Of a stretch of DNA of 64,000 bases, positions 50,258 to 62,189 are shown in pieces (the first letter of the stretch is position 1; each line of letters begins with the position of its first letter). Below the pieces are notes generated by a model that searched no databases, was not told the origin of the DNA, and saw only the letters and a program-made list of their open reading frames with translations. Both the position numbers and the translations under genes were made by a program. The stretch comes from Camelus dromedarius. Lineage: Eukaryota. The stretch is from contig NC_087436.1 of assembly GCF_036321535.1 (NCBI RefSeq), positions 105,712,001-105,776,000 of the forward strand, given 5' to 3'.

Positions 50258-50395
50258 TGCAGGGCTATCCCACATTAATGTGCTCACGGATCCCCTGGGG
50301 TTCTTGGGAAAATCTTGATTTGGATTCAATGGATCTGGAAAGGGCCTGAGACGCTGCCCTTCTAACAGGCTGATGCCTACATTGCTGTTCCCAGT
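50258..50395. mobile_element. MER5-like hAT-Charlie fragment
   Basis: gattcaatggatctggaaagggcctgaga...ttctaacag...tgatgc. Confidence 0.55.
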
Positions 50396-51086
50396 AAGGT
50401 CCTATGTCAGGGTGTCAGCCCCAAACAGGAAGCCTCGAGGGGCACCAGCTGAGAAAAGCCCCAGGGAGCAATTAGAGGTTGCCTCCTCTGTGCTTCAGAA
50501 GCATGTGGCTTCAAGAGTGTAAACAGACCTTTCCCAGGCGTAGTCCATCCCACTAAGTCCATCCCTCTGTGTTGCCACAAAGGAAGGAAGCATTTTTCGA
50601 CCATGGGCTGTGTGATGGGGCAGTTTCAGGAGGCAAATATTTGAAAAAGAGGCAGCAAACCACTGTTTAGGGTGGAGGGGGAGGAAGTGCACTTGTGTTC
50701 TTCTTGAGACAGCCTGCATTTCTCTCCTTTCTGTCTTCATCGGAAAGAGGAGTTTTTTAGCACACGGCAAATTCCGTAGCTCCCACATCTCCTCCCCACA
50801 TAAAGGTTACTGTACTTGTCAGCATTCGTGTGCACCCCGCAAACAGTACCTGTGCTTAGTGCTTGCTGTGACAATCTTGAGCTGAAAACCCATGGAGGTT
50901 GTACTCTGCTTTTTGCTTTTTAAATCCTGAAACTTGGCTCTAGGATCTATTTTGTACTCCTGAATCTCAACTTAGGAAACTTTTTCTTCTACTTTCTTAC
51001 AAAGGATTGTGTCAGGAGCACACAATGTGGAAAACCATTAGGAGATCTGTGTGTTTCCAGGCCATGAGACTCCAGATGTGTGCTAC

Positions 51087-51537
51087 TGTATCAGCTATCT
51101 ATTGCCATGGCTACCACTGTGTAACAAATAACCACAAGTCATCAGAAGCAATCTACTTATTTTTCATGCATCTGTTGGTCAGCTGGGAGGTGCTGCTGAT
51201 CTGGTCTGGGCCCCTTTGCATATCTGGAGGGCATCAGTTGTCCTGACTGGACAACGGGGGTGACTGGGCTCTGCTCCATGTATCCTATCTTCCAACAGGC
51301 TTTCCCAGGCCTGTTTTCACGGCAGTTGTGAAGGGTGCGAGAATTCAGGAAGAGACACGCAAGTGATTTTTTTCAAGCTCGTGTCTGCATTATGTCTGCT
51401 GAAATCCTTTCTGTCAAAGAAAGTCACATGACAGGGCCAGAATCAGAGCGGGAGGGGGCTCTGCAGGGTTACATGGGTGGGCATGGATACAGGCAAAGGA
51501 GAAAACCTGGGACTAAGAAAGCAATCCACCTAGCACA
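51087..51537 (-). mobile_element. MLT1H-like MaLR solo LTR
   Basis: tgtatcagctatctattgcc start; ggctctgctccatgt; aagtcacatgacagggccag; ends ctagcaca. Confidence 0.75.
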
Positions 51538-51839
51538 GCCTTCACATGTAACAGAATAACTTTCCAGTTCAGGGTTAAGCTGATCTAAGCAACATCTTTG
51601 CAGACAGTAAACATCTTCCCTTCTCTGCTCTGGGAAAGACAGAACAGCTGCAGAAAGTCCAGGGAAAACAAAGGCATCTGAGAGCAGGGAGAGCAACCAA
51701 GTATTTACTGACAATGCTCTATTCATAATCCACATTTAATTCAAACTCAAAAAGATGTATTGACAATCTGCCCGGTTTTAATACCCCCACCTTTAAGTGG
51801 CATCTCTGCAGCAGCAGAAATATCAAGCTTTATGTCTTT

Positions 51840-52110
51840 TTGAGAAACTAGGGCTTGGACTCGCGAGGTAAACAAAAGGTAATGAAACAGCAAATGGCAG
51901 GGTGTCAAGTTGTTGGAAGGTGTCTAGCAGGGTGCCACGGGGACACAGTTTCATTTTGGTCTCATTTAACATCTTCATTAATGATCTGGAAGAGGGAGTA
52001 AACAGCACATTAATTATAATCACAAGTGATGCTAAATTGGGATTTGTTGCCTGCACCAAATGAAGGGACTCTGAAAGACTGAGTAGGAGATGGATCCAGC
52101 TTGGAAGAGG
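51840..52110 (+). mobile_element. CR1/L3 LINE reverse-transcriptase remnant
   Basis: 51914-52060 translates [49 protein letters not shown], matching CR1 RT [21 protein letters not shown]..G...TL.KFADDTKLGG. Confidence 0.85.
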
Positions 52111-52369
52111 CGAACGACACCTCGGAAAACATCAGAGCACGTGGTAAGGGAGGGAGCAAGTCAGTTAGAAGCAATGAAGTTAAAAAGCAAGGAAGCTGCC
52201 TGAAATCTTTTCAGGAATAACCTATGGTATTCACACGAAAGTTTACACCAAGGAGGTGGCATCAAGAAATTAGAAACAAGCAAGCTGGAGCAGGAGAGGG
52301 GAGAAACACAACATAAGTTGGATCATAAACTAGGGAGCAGGAGTGCTTGAAATTTTCCCCTTCAGAGCT

Positions 52370-52510
52370 TCCTTCTCCTGCTGGGATATTAGCTCCCAAG
52401 GGTGGGATTTGTGTTGATTTGTTTTCTGCTGTATCTCCAGCACCTGGAATTATGCCTGAGACACAGAAGTCTCTTAATAAATATGAGTTAAATGAAATGA
52501 ATGAATGAAG
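52370..52510 (+). mobile_element. L2 3' terminus
   Basis: ctgctgtatctccagcacctggaattatgcctg...aataaatatgagttaaatgaaatgaatgaatgaa. Confidence 0.85.
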
Positions 52511-52724
52511 AATTGAGTGTTAACTCTTGAAGAAAGAATCAAAAGAGGATTTGTCTCCATAAGGTACAAACCAGTCAAAGATGGGTTGAACAGAAAACAA
52601 ACAAACAAAACAAACCCTGGGGATTGGGAGGAAATGAACAAAGTGAAAAATCAATGAAGGTCCCCGGAGAGCAGAAACCCTCTTGGTTTTACCACAGTGC
52701 AAATTGTAGTCGCGGTAGTATTAG

Positions 52725-52950
52725 CAGTACTAGTGGTTTTAAGTATCTGTCACTATTCCAAGTGCTTTGTGTGCATTATCTCATTGAATCATCACAGCAA
52801 AACTCTGAGGTATGTTCTGTCATTGCCCTCATTTTATATGTGAGGTATAGAAAGACTAAGTAACTTTTCCAAGGTCCCATAGTGAGAGGGGGTGGGATTT
52901 AAATCAGTGCAACAGTATCCCATGTTTCTTAGTACTGTATTACTCTGCCT
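52725..52950 (-). mobile_element. MIR SINE
   Basis: attatctcattgaatcatcacagcaaaactctgaggta...aagtaacttttccaaggtc. Confidence 0.8.
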
Positions 52951-54263
52951 GCCACACTGGCTTAAGGAAAAGGAGGGAGGTGGAAGGGACAGAGAGATGG
53001 AGGGCTAAGGGGAGGGGGGAAGGAGAGGAAGAAAACCAAAAGGAAAGATAATAGACTCAAAATAGGGCAGATGACTCTGCCCCACCTCCCATGAGACAAC
53101 CAAGCTCAGTGTGAGCATAAGACTGAGGATTTAATGCAGCTCTTCTCCCTGGTAAGTGTTTCATGGTCTTCACCCTAAATATCACTACAGTATTTAAAGA
53201 TAAAATTTTTTTGTGGTATGAAATGCCCTTTAATTCTAAACTGGGTACTTTATCTGGTGCTCAATTGAAGAAACCATCTGTAGTTTTTCTTTGCTTTCTT
53301 CTCTATTCTTCTGTTTTCTCATCTTTCTTTTATAAAAGTAAAAAGCCTGGAAATTTATGTTTTGCATGTGGACTGACTATTTTTCTATACATTATTTATT
53401 ATTTTCTGCACTTTACTGCATGCCTCTGTCACTTGTACATATCAGGAGTTGATGACGTAAAACCACATATACTGTATTTTATAGGTGATTTAAGGAATTT
53501 TTAAGCATAATTATTTATAGGAATTGGGTTTTGTCCTAACACTTTGAGCTTAAAACAAACCCCATTGTCCTGGGCTTCTCTTCCTTTGAAATCACTCTGC
53601 ATTGCTTAATGTTTTTGTTCATGGTTCTAATTTTTAAATGATTGTCTTTGTTTTGTCTGGTATTTGTTATGTGAATACTTGAAGGTCATAAATCTGTCTT
53701 CTGTAATCACCAGCATCTATACAGGCAGCATGGTCTGAGGTGGGACAGATTAAAGCTAAGGCAGAGACAAGCTGTGATTAAAGAGAGAATTCTGGAAACA
53801 GCAAGAAACTGGGTCCAGCCTCCAGGGGACTCACAGGTGCTCTGGTTCTGAAATTTTGTCCTCTGCTTCTAGAATTTTCTTCTCTAAATTACTCTTTTTT
53901 TTTTTTTTTTCCTTTTGGCTGTTCAATCTGAGTTTCTGTCTCTTAAAACCAAACGATTCCTTAATAATGCAATGACGTTAGGGTCTGCCTAATTTTAAAA
54001 GTCTATGTCTTGATTCTGAGATTCTAATGCTAGCATTGATTGACAGGGGTCAATTTAGGAGTGTTTTGGGGGACAACAGGAAACCATTGTTCCGGGTAGT
54101 TCTCATGCTGTGCTCATCTAGAAAGAACTAAGAATTGCCTTTAGCGAAAATAATGTCAGCAGAGAGGTATTCCTAAGGCTGATCTAAGTTGGTGTAAAAA
54201 GTTGCTCTCTCCAAATAAAGATGACAAGAGAAAAGCATTTTCCAAAGTGTGTTTCTGTTAGAA

Positions 54264-54378
54264 TAGGGTGACCATATAATTTACTCTCAAAATTGGGTTA
54301 CACTTTGGGGTGTGAAAGTAGATGCCTTTAGCAATTATTCAAGGACAGTAGGTACAAAACAGGGCTGCATACCTTATG
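54264..54378. mobile_element. MER94-like hAT-Blackjack MITE
   Basis: tagggtgaccatataattta...acactttggggtgtgaaag. Confidence 0.7.
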
Positions 54379-54492
54379 TAAAATATATCTCAACAGTGGA
54401 AGTTCCTTGACCCCCAAAGTTTGGGAAGTCTGCATACTATATAGTTTCTTACTGAGAATCACAACACCTAATCTATTAAAAGCTCTGAGTCT

Positions 54493-56323
54493 AAGGAGAT
54501 GAAAAACTTATACTCAGAGAACTATAAAACATTGATTAAGGAAATTAAAGCTGATTTAAAGAAATGGAAAGATATCCCACGCTCTTGGATTGGAAGAATT
54601 GATATTGTTAAAATGGTCATACTATCCAAAACAATCTACAGATTTAATGCAATCCCTATCAAATTACCCAGGACATTTTTCACAGAACTGGAACAAATAA
54701 TACTAAAATTTATATGGAATCACAAAAGACCCAGAATTGCCAAAGTAATACCGAGGATAAAAAAACAAAGCTGGAAGCATATCCCTCCCAGACTTCAGAC
54801 AACACTACAAAGTTACAGTAATCAAAAGAGCATGAATTGGCACACAAACAGACATACAGATCAATGGAACAGAACAGAGAGCTCAGAAATAAACCCACAC
54901 ACCTATGGTCAATTAATCTTCAACAAAAGTGGCAAGAATATACAATGGAAAAAAGGCAGTCTCTTTGGCAAGTGGTGTTGGGAAAGCTGGACAGCTGCAT
55001 GCAAATTAATGAAATTAGAACACTCCCTCACACTGTACACAAAAATTAACTGAAAATGGCTTAAAGACATAAACATAAGACAAGACACCATAAACCTCAT
55101 AGAAGAGAACATAGGGAAAACATTCTCTAATATAAATCATAGCAATGTTCTCCCAGGGCAGTCTACTGAGGCAATAGAAATAAAGGAAAAAATAAACAAA
55201 TGGGACTTAATTAAGCTTATAAGCTTTTGTACAGCAAAGGAAACCATAAATAAAATGAAAAGACAACCTATGGAATGGGAGAAAATATTTGCGACTGACT
55301 AATGTTTAATTTCCAGAATATACAAACAGCTCATACAACTCAATAACAAAAACAAACAAACAAACAAACAAACAACCCAATCCAAAAGTGGGCAGAAGAC
55401 CTAAACAAATATTTCTCCAATGAAGACATACAAATTGCCAATAGGCACATGAAAAAATGCTCAGTATCACTAATTATCAGAGAAATGCAAATCAAAACTG
55501 CAATGAGGTATCACCTCACACTAGTTGGAATTGTCATCATTAAAAAATCTACAAACAATAAATGCTGGAGATGGTGTGGAGAAAAGGTAACCCTCTTACA
55601 CTATTGGTGGGAATGTAGTTTGGTGCAGCTTTTATGGAAAACAGTATGGAGACTCCTCAAAAGACTAAAAATAGACTTACTATATATGATCCAGCAATCT
55701 CACTCTTGGGTATATATCCAGAGGGAACCTTAATTCAAAAAGATACATGCACCCCAATGTTCATAGCAGCACTATTTACAAAGGCTAAGACATGGAAACA
55801 ACCTAAATGTCCATTGACAGATGACTGCATAAAGAAGTTGTGGTATATTTATACAATGGAATAGTACTCAGCCATAAAAAATCATGCCATTTGCAGCAAC
55901 ATGGATGGACCTGGAGAATGTCATTCTAAGTGAAGTAAGCCAGAAAGCGGAAGAAAAATAGCATATGAAATCACTTATATGTGGAATCTTAAAAAAAAAA
56001 AAAAGGACACAAGTGAACTTATTTACAAAAGAAGAGACAGACCCACAGACATAGAAAACAAACTTATGGTTACCAGGGAGGAAATGGGTGGGGAGGGATA
56101 AGTTGGGAGTCTGGGATTTGCAGATACAAACTACTACGTATAAAGTAAACAACAACATCTCAGTGTATAGCACAAGGAACAATATTCAATACCTTTTTAA
56201 TGGCCTATATTGAAAATGAATATGAAAAGGAATATAGAAGTATAAATGAATCACTATGTGTATACCAGTAATTAAAAGAACATTGTAAGTCAACTATACT
56301 TCAATTTAAAAAAAAAAAAAAAA
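54493..56323 (+). mobile_element. 5'-truncated lineage-specific L1 (about 1.8 kb)
   Basis: ORF2 C-terminal region, 3'UTR and A16 tail; TSD aaaagctctgagtctaagg 54478-54496 / aaaacctctgagtcctaagg 56320-56339. Confidence 0.97.
54499..55990 (+). pseudogene. Disrupted L1 ORF2p C-terminal region (post-RT plus cysteine-rich domain)
   Basis: [11 protein letters not shown]...[13 protein letters not shown]...[26 protein letters not shown]...[32 protein letters not shown]; split over several frames. Confidence 0.95.
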
Positions 56324-57039
56324 CCTCTGAGTCCTAAGGTAAAGAAACTCACTGAATGTCATCTAAACCAGCATTTCCCAGCTGACTCAATTATGGACTC
56401 TCTGTTTTCAATAATAATTTCTACCATTCTAGGAACTCAGTGTTCCAAAGAACACAATTCAGAAAATGTTGACCTTGAACATGCCTTATTCAGTTATAGC
56501 GTAACCTGCTATCTGCATGAGTGACCTGAATCTAAAGGCCACCAAAACAAAACTATCTTCCTGCCAAGCTCCCATTTTCCTGAAATTTCTACCATTATTT
56601 CTTCCTTTAAGGACCTTTTAAAGAATATGCACATTGTAATGGGGTTAGGCATTATGTCATCTGGAAAGAATGACTCATTAGCTAGCTAAACATTACTGAT
56701 AATTAGTTTATCTAAATAGCCACTTACCACCCATAGATTCTAAGTGAGAACAGGTCCCCAAGAATTGTCTTCATGGGAGGAATGGGAAAAAGGAGGTTTG
56801 GATTGGGAGACACTGGCCTGGCCTGTGCAGTATTTTAGTGGAGGATTTGGTATTAATACAGTTCCCAAAATTTATTCCACCAAACCTTACTTCTCTTCAC
56901 GGGCTCCCCCACATCCCTAGTTTTAAAACATGTTGCCTCCCAAATAAACTGAACTTACTAAGAAGTAGCGTTTGGAACTTTATTGTCACTTTTTCCCCTG
57001 CCCTTTACCTGCCTACTTCTGAGAATGCTCCTTCCCAGC

Positions 57040-57700
57040 TTCAACCATGAGGCTCTAGAAAGGGCTTCTCTAATCTAAAATCCTACCCCTCTGGACCTAC
57101 TGACTACTCCAGGGGTGAGCCTCTGGACCAAGCTAAGCCAATCAGAGAGCTTCCTGGGATTATTGACATTTGGATCAGAATGAACACATCTCAGTCCCCC
57201 TTGTGCTACCAAAGCTGTTGGATGTGGGCCTGGGAGCTGCCAGCAGCCAGTTTCCAATCACATGGAAAAAGCTGGTCTCAGACCAGAGTTTCTCAACTAC
57301 TATAGACATCTTTGATCAGATAATCCTTTGTTTCAGGGGGGCTGTTCTGTGTATTGTAGAATGTATAGTAGCATCCTTGGCCTTTACCCACCAGATGCCA
57401 GCAGCATCTTCCTCTAGATGTTGCCAAATGTCCCGGGGTGGGGGGCAGTAAAATCTCTTTCCATCATTGGTTGAGGACCGCTGATCTAGAGAATGAAGCC
57501 CACAATCAGAGAAGAGCACAGGTGAGAGCTAGGGAAATGAGAGAACGTCCCGGTGACATTTAAGGCACTGGTCCCAGCTGTCCCTGAGGCTCAGCACACC
57601 CCAGTTCTTCCTGTGGATTGATTTCATGAGCTAATTAATTCCACTTTTTTTTTCTCCTAAGCTGGCTCAAGTTGAATTTCTCTAGTTGCACACAAGGGTG
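57040..57700 (+). mobile_element. MLT1K/L-like MaLR LTR split by MER20
   Basis: accaagctaagccaatcagag; cctgggagctgccagcagcc; ccagctgtccctgagg; taagctggctcaagttgaatttct. Confidence 0.65.
57283..57483 (-). mobile_element. MER20 hAT-Charlie
   Basis: cagagtttctcaac...gataatcctttgtt...agcatccttggcctttacccaccagatgccag...gttgaggaccgctg. Confidence 0.88.
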
Positions 57701-58789
57701 CTGTGTTCATCTATAATTTCCATTTGGATTTTTGACAAACTGAAAATAGCTCACTTCCTTGCTCTCCTCTTCCTGGCCCCCCTCCACACCCCAACCAGGT
57801 CCATGATTACATTCATAGACCCCAAGAGTCAGGGCTCCCCTCCCCTGTCCTAGATGAGAGATCTGATGCATGAATGAGGAAGAGGTAGTAAAAGTGAGCC
57901 CAAAGCTGGATCTGTGTGGAGGCAACTAAAACCTTCCTCTCCTTTCTTCAGCAAGCAGAACTGGGTTTGCCAAAAGACAGTTTTTTTTAGAGGGATGAGG
58001 GTGAGGGGGTAAGGGAAAGTATTTTTTTTTTCTTCAATAGTGGGAATAAGCAAGGCAAAAAATAGAAATAGAAAGCTGATATCTCAGTGTCATAGGAAGC
58101 CTTTCCCTGGGGCTGTCACAGGCCACAGAGAATTTGGCACCAAAGCTGATGACCACGCCTGCTGGGCCTGAGGAAAGGCTGTGGCCGGTCCTGCCAGCTC
58201 AGAGCCACTAAGCCTGTGCCCTCTGAGCCCTGGGCCTCTTCACTATGACCCCTACACCTGCTCTAGGACTGAGCTCACTGACCCCATGCCCCAAAGAGCA
58301 CAGGCCGATGTGAGGTAGAGCTTTCACAGGCTCAGATCACCCCAGCTTTGAAGCTGAGAGCAGAGAGCCTGGAAAGGGGCAGGACTGGTACTCAGGTGGG
58401 ACCCACCAGGATAGATAGCCACAAAGTTGTTAAAAATATTGGAACGCTTCCACATTGGTGGGTAAATTGATGCTACCCTGAGCCAACTGGGCAAACGTTT
58501 CCCAGTCCAGTCTCTCCCTTGGAACTTAATGCTCCAGGAACTAAAGGGTTAATGCCACGCAGCAGGTGGCCCCAGGACCTAGCTTCTAAGCAAGTCTGCT
58601 TCTATTCTGATTGATTAGTTCTGGTGCCTTCCTGGTTGTTCTATATTTTAATATCACAACTAAAAGAGAAAACAGAATTCTGGAGGAAAGGGATGGGAGG
58701 ATAGCAAAGTCTTCATTTATTTCCAAATTCTGCTTCAGAATGATTCTGCATTGTTGCTTATTCTTTACAAATGCATTTATTCTGAAAGC

Positions 58790-59270
58790 ATTTCGGACTT
58801 GCACGTGAAGATGAAGCAGCCTGGCTCCTGCTGAAGACCCTTGCAGTCCAGCAGGGGACAGAAGACACGCGCAGTAGGTAGAGAGCGCACAGGTGATGGA
58901 GAAGGCGCTTCAGTGAAAGGCTGTGAAACTCAGCTGACGGTACCTCCATTTCTTCTGGAGGCTGCGCCGGCTTTCTGCGGTTTCCCGGCAGTTGGGATGA
59001 TCGGCAGTGGGCATCCGCGCTCTTTTTCGCCCTTGCCGACGCGTGTACATTGGCAAGTCCGATGGTAGGAATTCGGCTTACCTCCTGCCACGAAGGAAGC
59101 GCACCCAACATCCTGGCCATGTCCAGGCTTTGCTGCCACCCACTGAGCCACCAAGGCCACGTGTTTGTCATGGGGCTGATGCCATCAAAAGGAGCTAAAT
59201 TTATACGGAGGGGGGTTCCGTAGTAGCTATTTCCTTGCATTACTTTTACTCTTTCTAATTTAGGCACGGC
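58790..59270 (-). promoter_or_regulatory. CpG-enriched island with candidate TATA promoter and first exon
   Basis: Minus strand: TATAAAT 59205-59199, TCAGCCC near 59177, GAG|GTAAGC donor at 59082/59081; CACGTG at 58802 and 59158. Confidence 0.35.
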
Positions 59271-61376
59271 AAAGTAGAGAAGCATCCTGCTGAATTCAAC
59301 TTACGCTTGGGTCAAAGAGAAACAAACCAACCACTTTAAAACTGCTCCTGTTGAGAAGACAAAGGAAAGGGCTGTGGATAATGGTGAGCGGAGTTCATTC
59401 GGTCAAAATACAAGACAGACCACAAAATGACCCCTTCAATAAATATCCTCTCCCCTTCTTCCTGAATCTGTTTGTCCTTCCACAATATCACCCCATCCCG
59501 CTGCCACCCCAGGCCCATTAAAGCAGGATCTTCGGCTCATGCAACAGTCAACTATTAACTGATAAGGCTTAACAACTCCCAGTAGGTATTTGCATTTTAA
59601 TAGGGAATTATTGAAGACCAAAAAGCTTTCAGAATCCAAAAGAACAAAGCACAGAATTAGAGGCTGTGAGGTGGATATTTGGGAGAGCAGGAAATTGTCC
59701 AGATTATTCTCAAGTTTAGCATGTTTATTTTAACCCCTTCACAAGGGACTCCTATTGTCGAACCCTCTTCCTGTGTTCTCCCCTCCCAACCCCAATTCCA
59801 CTCCATCTCTAAAAACACATTAGCAGCCAACAGCTGGTAGGGTACCTGAGAGAGAGAACCTTTCTTATTTAGGGGAAATTCTGATGAGCCATTCTGGTTG
59901 TGGAAGGCTAGCACTTGGAGTTTGGTCTGCTTGGACTGGAGACAGTAATCCCATTGGGAGGAGTGAATCACTTGGCTTAGGAAAATACAAAAGGAGGGTG
60001 GCTGGGTTGGAGGCTATCCTCTAAAAACGAGGAAGTAAGAAAGAAGAGATGTAAAAAGGGAACAAAGGGAGAAGATGGGGTTTGACCATATTTTATATGG
60101 AAGACTGTCCAGTAAGGAATTCATGGTACAAGAAAGGCCAACGGACTTTAGAATAGGGAGGTTTAATGTTTAATTCTAAGTTGGGGTGTGTATGCATGTA
60201 TGTGCACTCACATGTGCATGTGCTATATTGAGTTAACACAGCCCCAATAACTTCAAAATCCCCGTAAAGTTTTGTGATGCCTGTATTAATGCGGGATTTT
60301 AGGGACGTGCACGCACTTGAGTAAGCAATACTAGTGCAACAGCAGGTAAACCTGAACACAACACGGCTTCATTTCTCTGGCCACAGTGAGGACAGGGCTT
60401 TTGAAACACATGGCTCCCAATGTCAAGGACGTTCATGATGTTAAGAATGACATCAATTGGGCAGTGTGGAAAAGGAACAGCATACCCCTCGAAAGAGAAC
60501 ATAGACTGGAGATTGAGAATCAAATGGAAGCAGGAAGTAGTACGATTTGTTGGGAGGGATGCCGATTCACAAAAGTTAAATGGGAATCTGATCTGCTTTA
60601 AATCTTTAAAGTCATGGTGACTGCAGTCTGAGAGAATCAGGGACTTCTAAATCGTTGACATTTAGTCACTCTGAGATAGGGTGCTTACCTGCCCCTCCCC
60701 CAGGCTACTTCCAATATGTGCCTGTTTCAAATATTCTGGCCATCCTTAGCATGGGTATAGAAAGAATAAATTAATTTTCCAGGAAAAATGGGAAGCCAAG
60801 TTCCATCATTTCTGCTCTTAGACACAAGGCCACAAAAAAGCTATTGGGCATGAAGTGCTCATAGCAGCGGTGTCCCTAAGTGGTGATGCAGGGCCGTTTC
60901 CAGTAACAAGATACAGGACGCACCCTAGCACCACCCACTGGGGAACTCTGCTTTTGGGCCAGGTTGCAAGTGAAAAGAGACTCTTCCCACCAAAGATGGT
61001 TAAAATCCTGCGCATGTGATTATAGACAGTGTTTGGGAAACAGCAACTAGACCAGAGAGAGAGTGAGAAGTGCATGATTAGCACCGCTAAAGGTGTAGCC
61101 TCGATATAAATATTAGCGCAAAAACTATGCAGGACTTCAAAGGGATCTGCTTGGCTGCAGAAACCATGGCTGACCCAGGCTGGCTTGAGAGGAATCATGG
61201 CCAACAGAGGGCTTAGAATAGAAAAAGAGTCACAGGCCCAAGAACTTAGACCAGAAATTTACAAAAAAAAGACAGGAGAGAAGCCAAGCCTCCCTAGAGA
61301 TAATACATAAAGGGGATTTTGAACATTGTGCATGCAAATGCCAAGAATTATATGCAAATAGCAATAAGGGAACAGG

Positions 61377-61878
61377 AGTGGCTGTGCTCGGATCCACTTT
61401 TCATCCTTCCCCAGTTCTGCTCCACATCCCACAAGATGTGTGTGTTAAGAGGGTAAGAGATGGGCTGACCCCTGCAAGCTGCATTTCCCAAGGTGCCCTG
61501 TGTTCAGCCATGGAGAGGCAGTTATGGGAGATGGAGCCAGAGGAAGGGAGAAGCAGGGACTTCACTTTACTGGACATTCCTCCACCAGTGGCTGTGTCTG
61601 AGCTGCTAGCTCCTGCCAGACAGGTTTGTGGCGGTTCCTGCGTCCACCAGGTGACCCAAGCCCCTGGGCTCCAGCAACAACGCCTTCTCTCTTTGTCTCT
61701 CCAGCTCAGAGGTGGCAGTGGTTTTCTGCCGTTGCAAACCTTTGGGTCACTTCAATCTCCTGAACTCTCTCTCTTCTCAACTCTTCCATCACCCATTTAA
61801 CCAATTCCCCACATTAAACTCCCTCTGTTTTAATACCCAGAAGGTTTCCACTGTCCTAGCTGGAACCCAGTCAACATA
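61377..61878 (+). mobile_element. LTR33-family ERVL LTR
   Basis: ggctgacccctgcaagctgcatttccc; ccaccaggtgacc; gaggtggcagtggttttctgccgttgc; cattaaactccctctgtt. Confidence 0.75.
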
Positions 61879-62165
61879 GCCCTGAAATGGGAAAATCACT
61901 GTGCAGAACACTAGGGGGATGAGATGTTGTGGATATAACCATGGAGAAGTGGGGCACAGACAGAGGACCTCAACCCACAGGTTAAGGACTCAGCCCAACC
62001 TGGAGAGAGGGTACTGCAAGGTGATACTGGAAGGCTGATTATGCGTAAGCACATATTTAATAAAGTGTTCAAACACAGGTTTCATTCCAGTGTGGGGATT
62101 CAGTTATTCTCTTCCAATCTTTTTGTAATCTTAATGAATGTATGTAGGTGCTATGAGATCCAAGT

Positions 62166-62186
62166 TGTGTGTGTGTGTGCGCGCGC
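62166..62186. repeat. (TG)n(CG)n alternating purine-pyrimidine tract
   Basis: tgtgtgtgtgtgtgcgcgcgc. Confidence 0.9.
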
Positions 62187-62189
62187 AAG

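Larger units (their letters stand above)
54234..56470. mobile_element. MER103-like hAT MITE (54234-54496 plus 56324-56470) split by MER94 and an L1
   Basis: Termini agcattttccaaagtgtgtt / aacacaattcagaaaatgttg; internal aagtttgggaagtctgcatactata and cagcatttccca. Confidence 0.65.

Noticed and set aside
58758..59285. 175-aa minus-strand ORF with a true ATG
   Set aside because: No recognisable domain; it starts upstream of the TATA-like box and runs through a consensus donor; long ORFs arise readily in GC-rich islands.
60256..60300. Imperfect hairpin aaaatccccgta...tgcgggatttt
   Set aside because: A stem of only about 11 bp with a large loop; too weak for a miRNA or other structured-RNA call.
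60386..60601. 71-aa ORF after an acceptor-like tttctctggccacag
   Set aside because: No recognisable protein and no convincing downstream donor.
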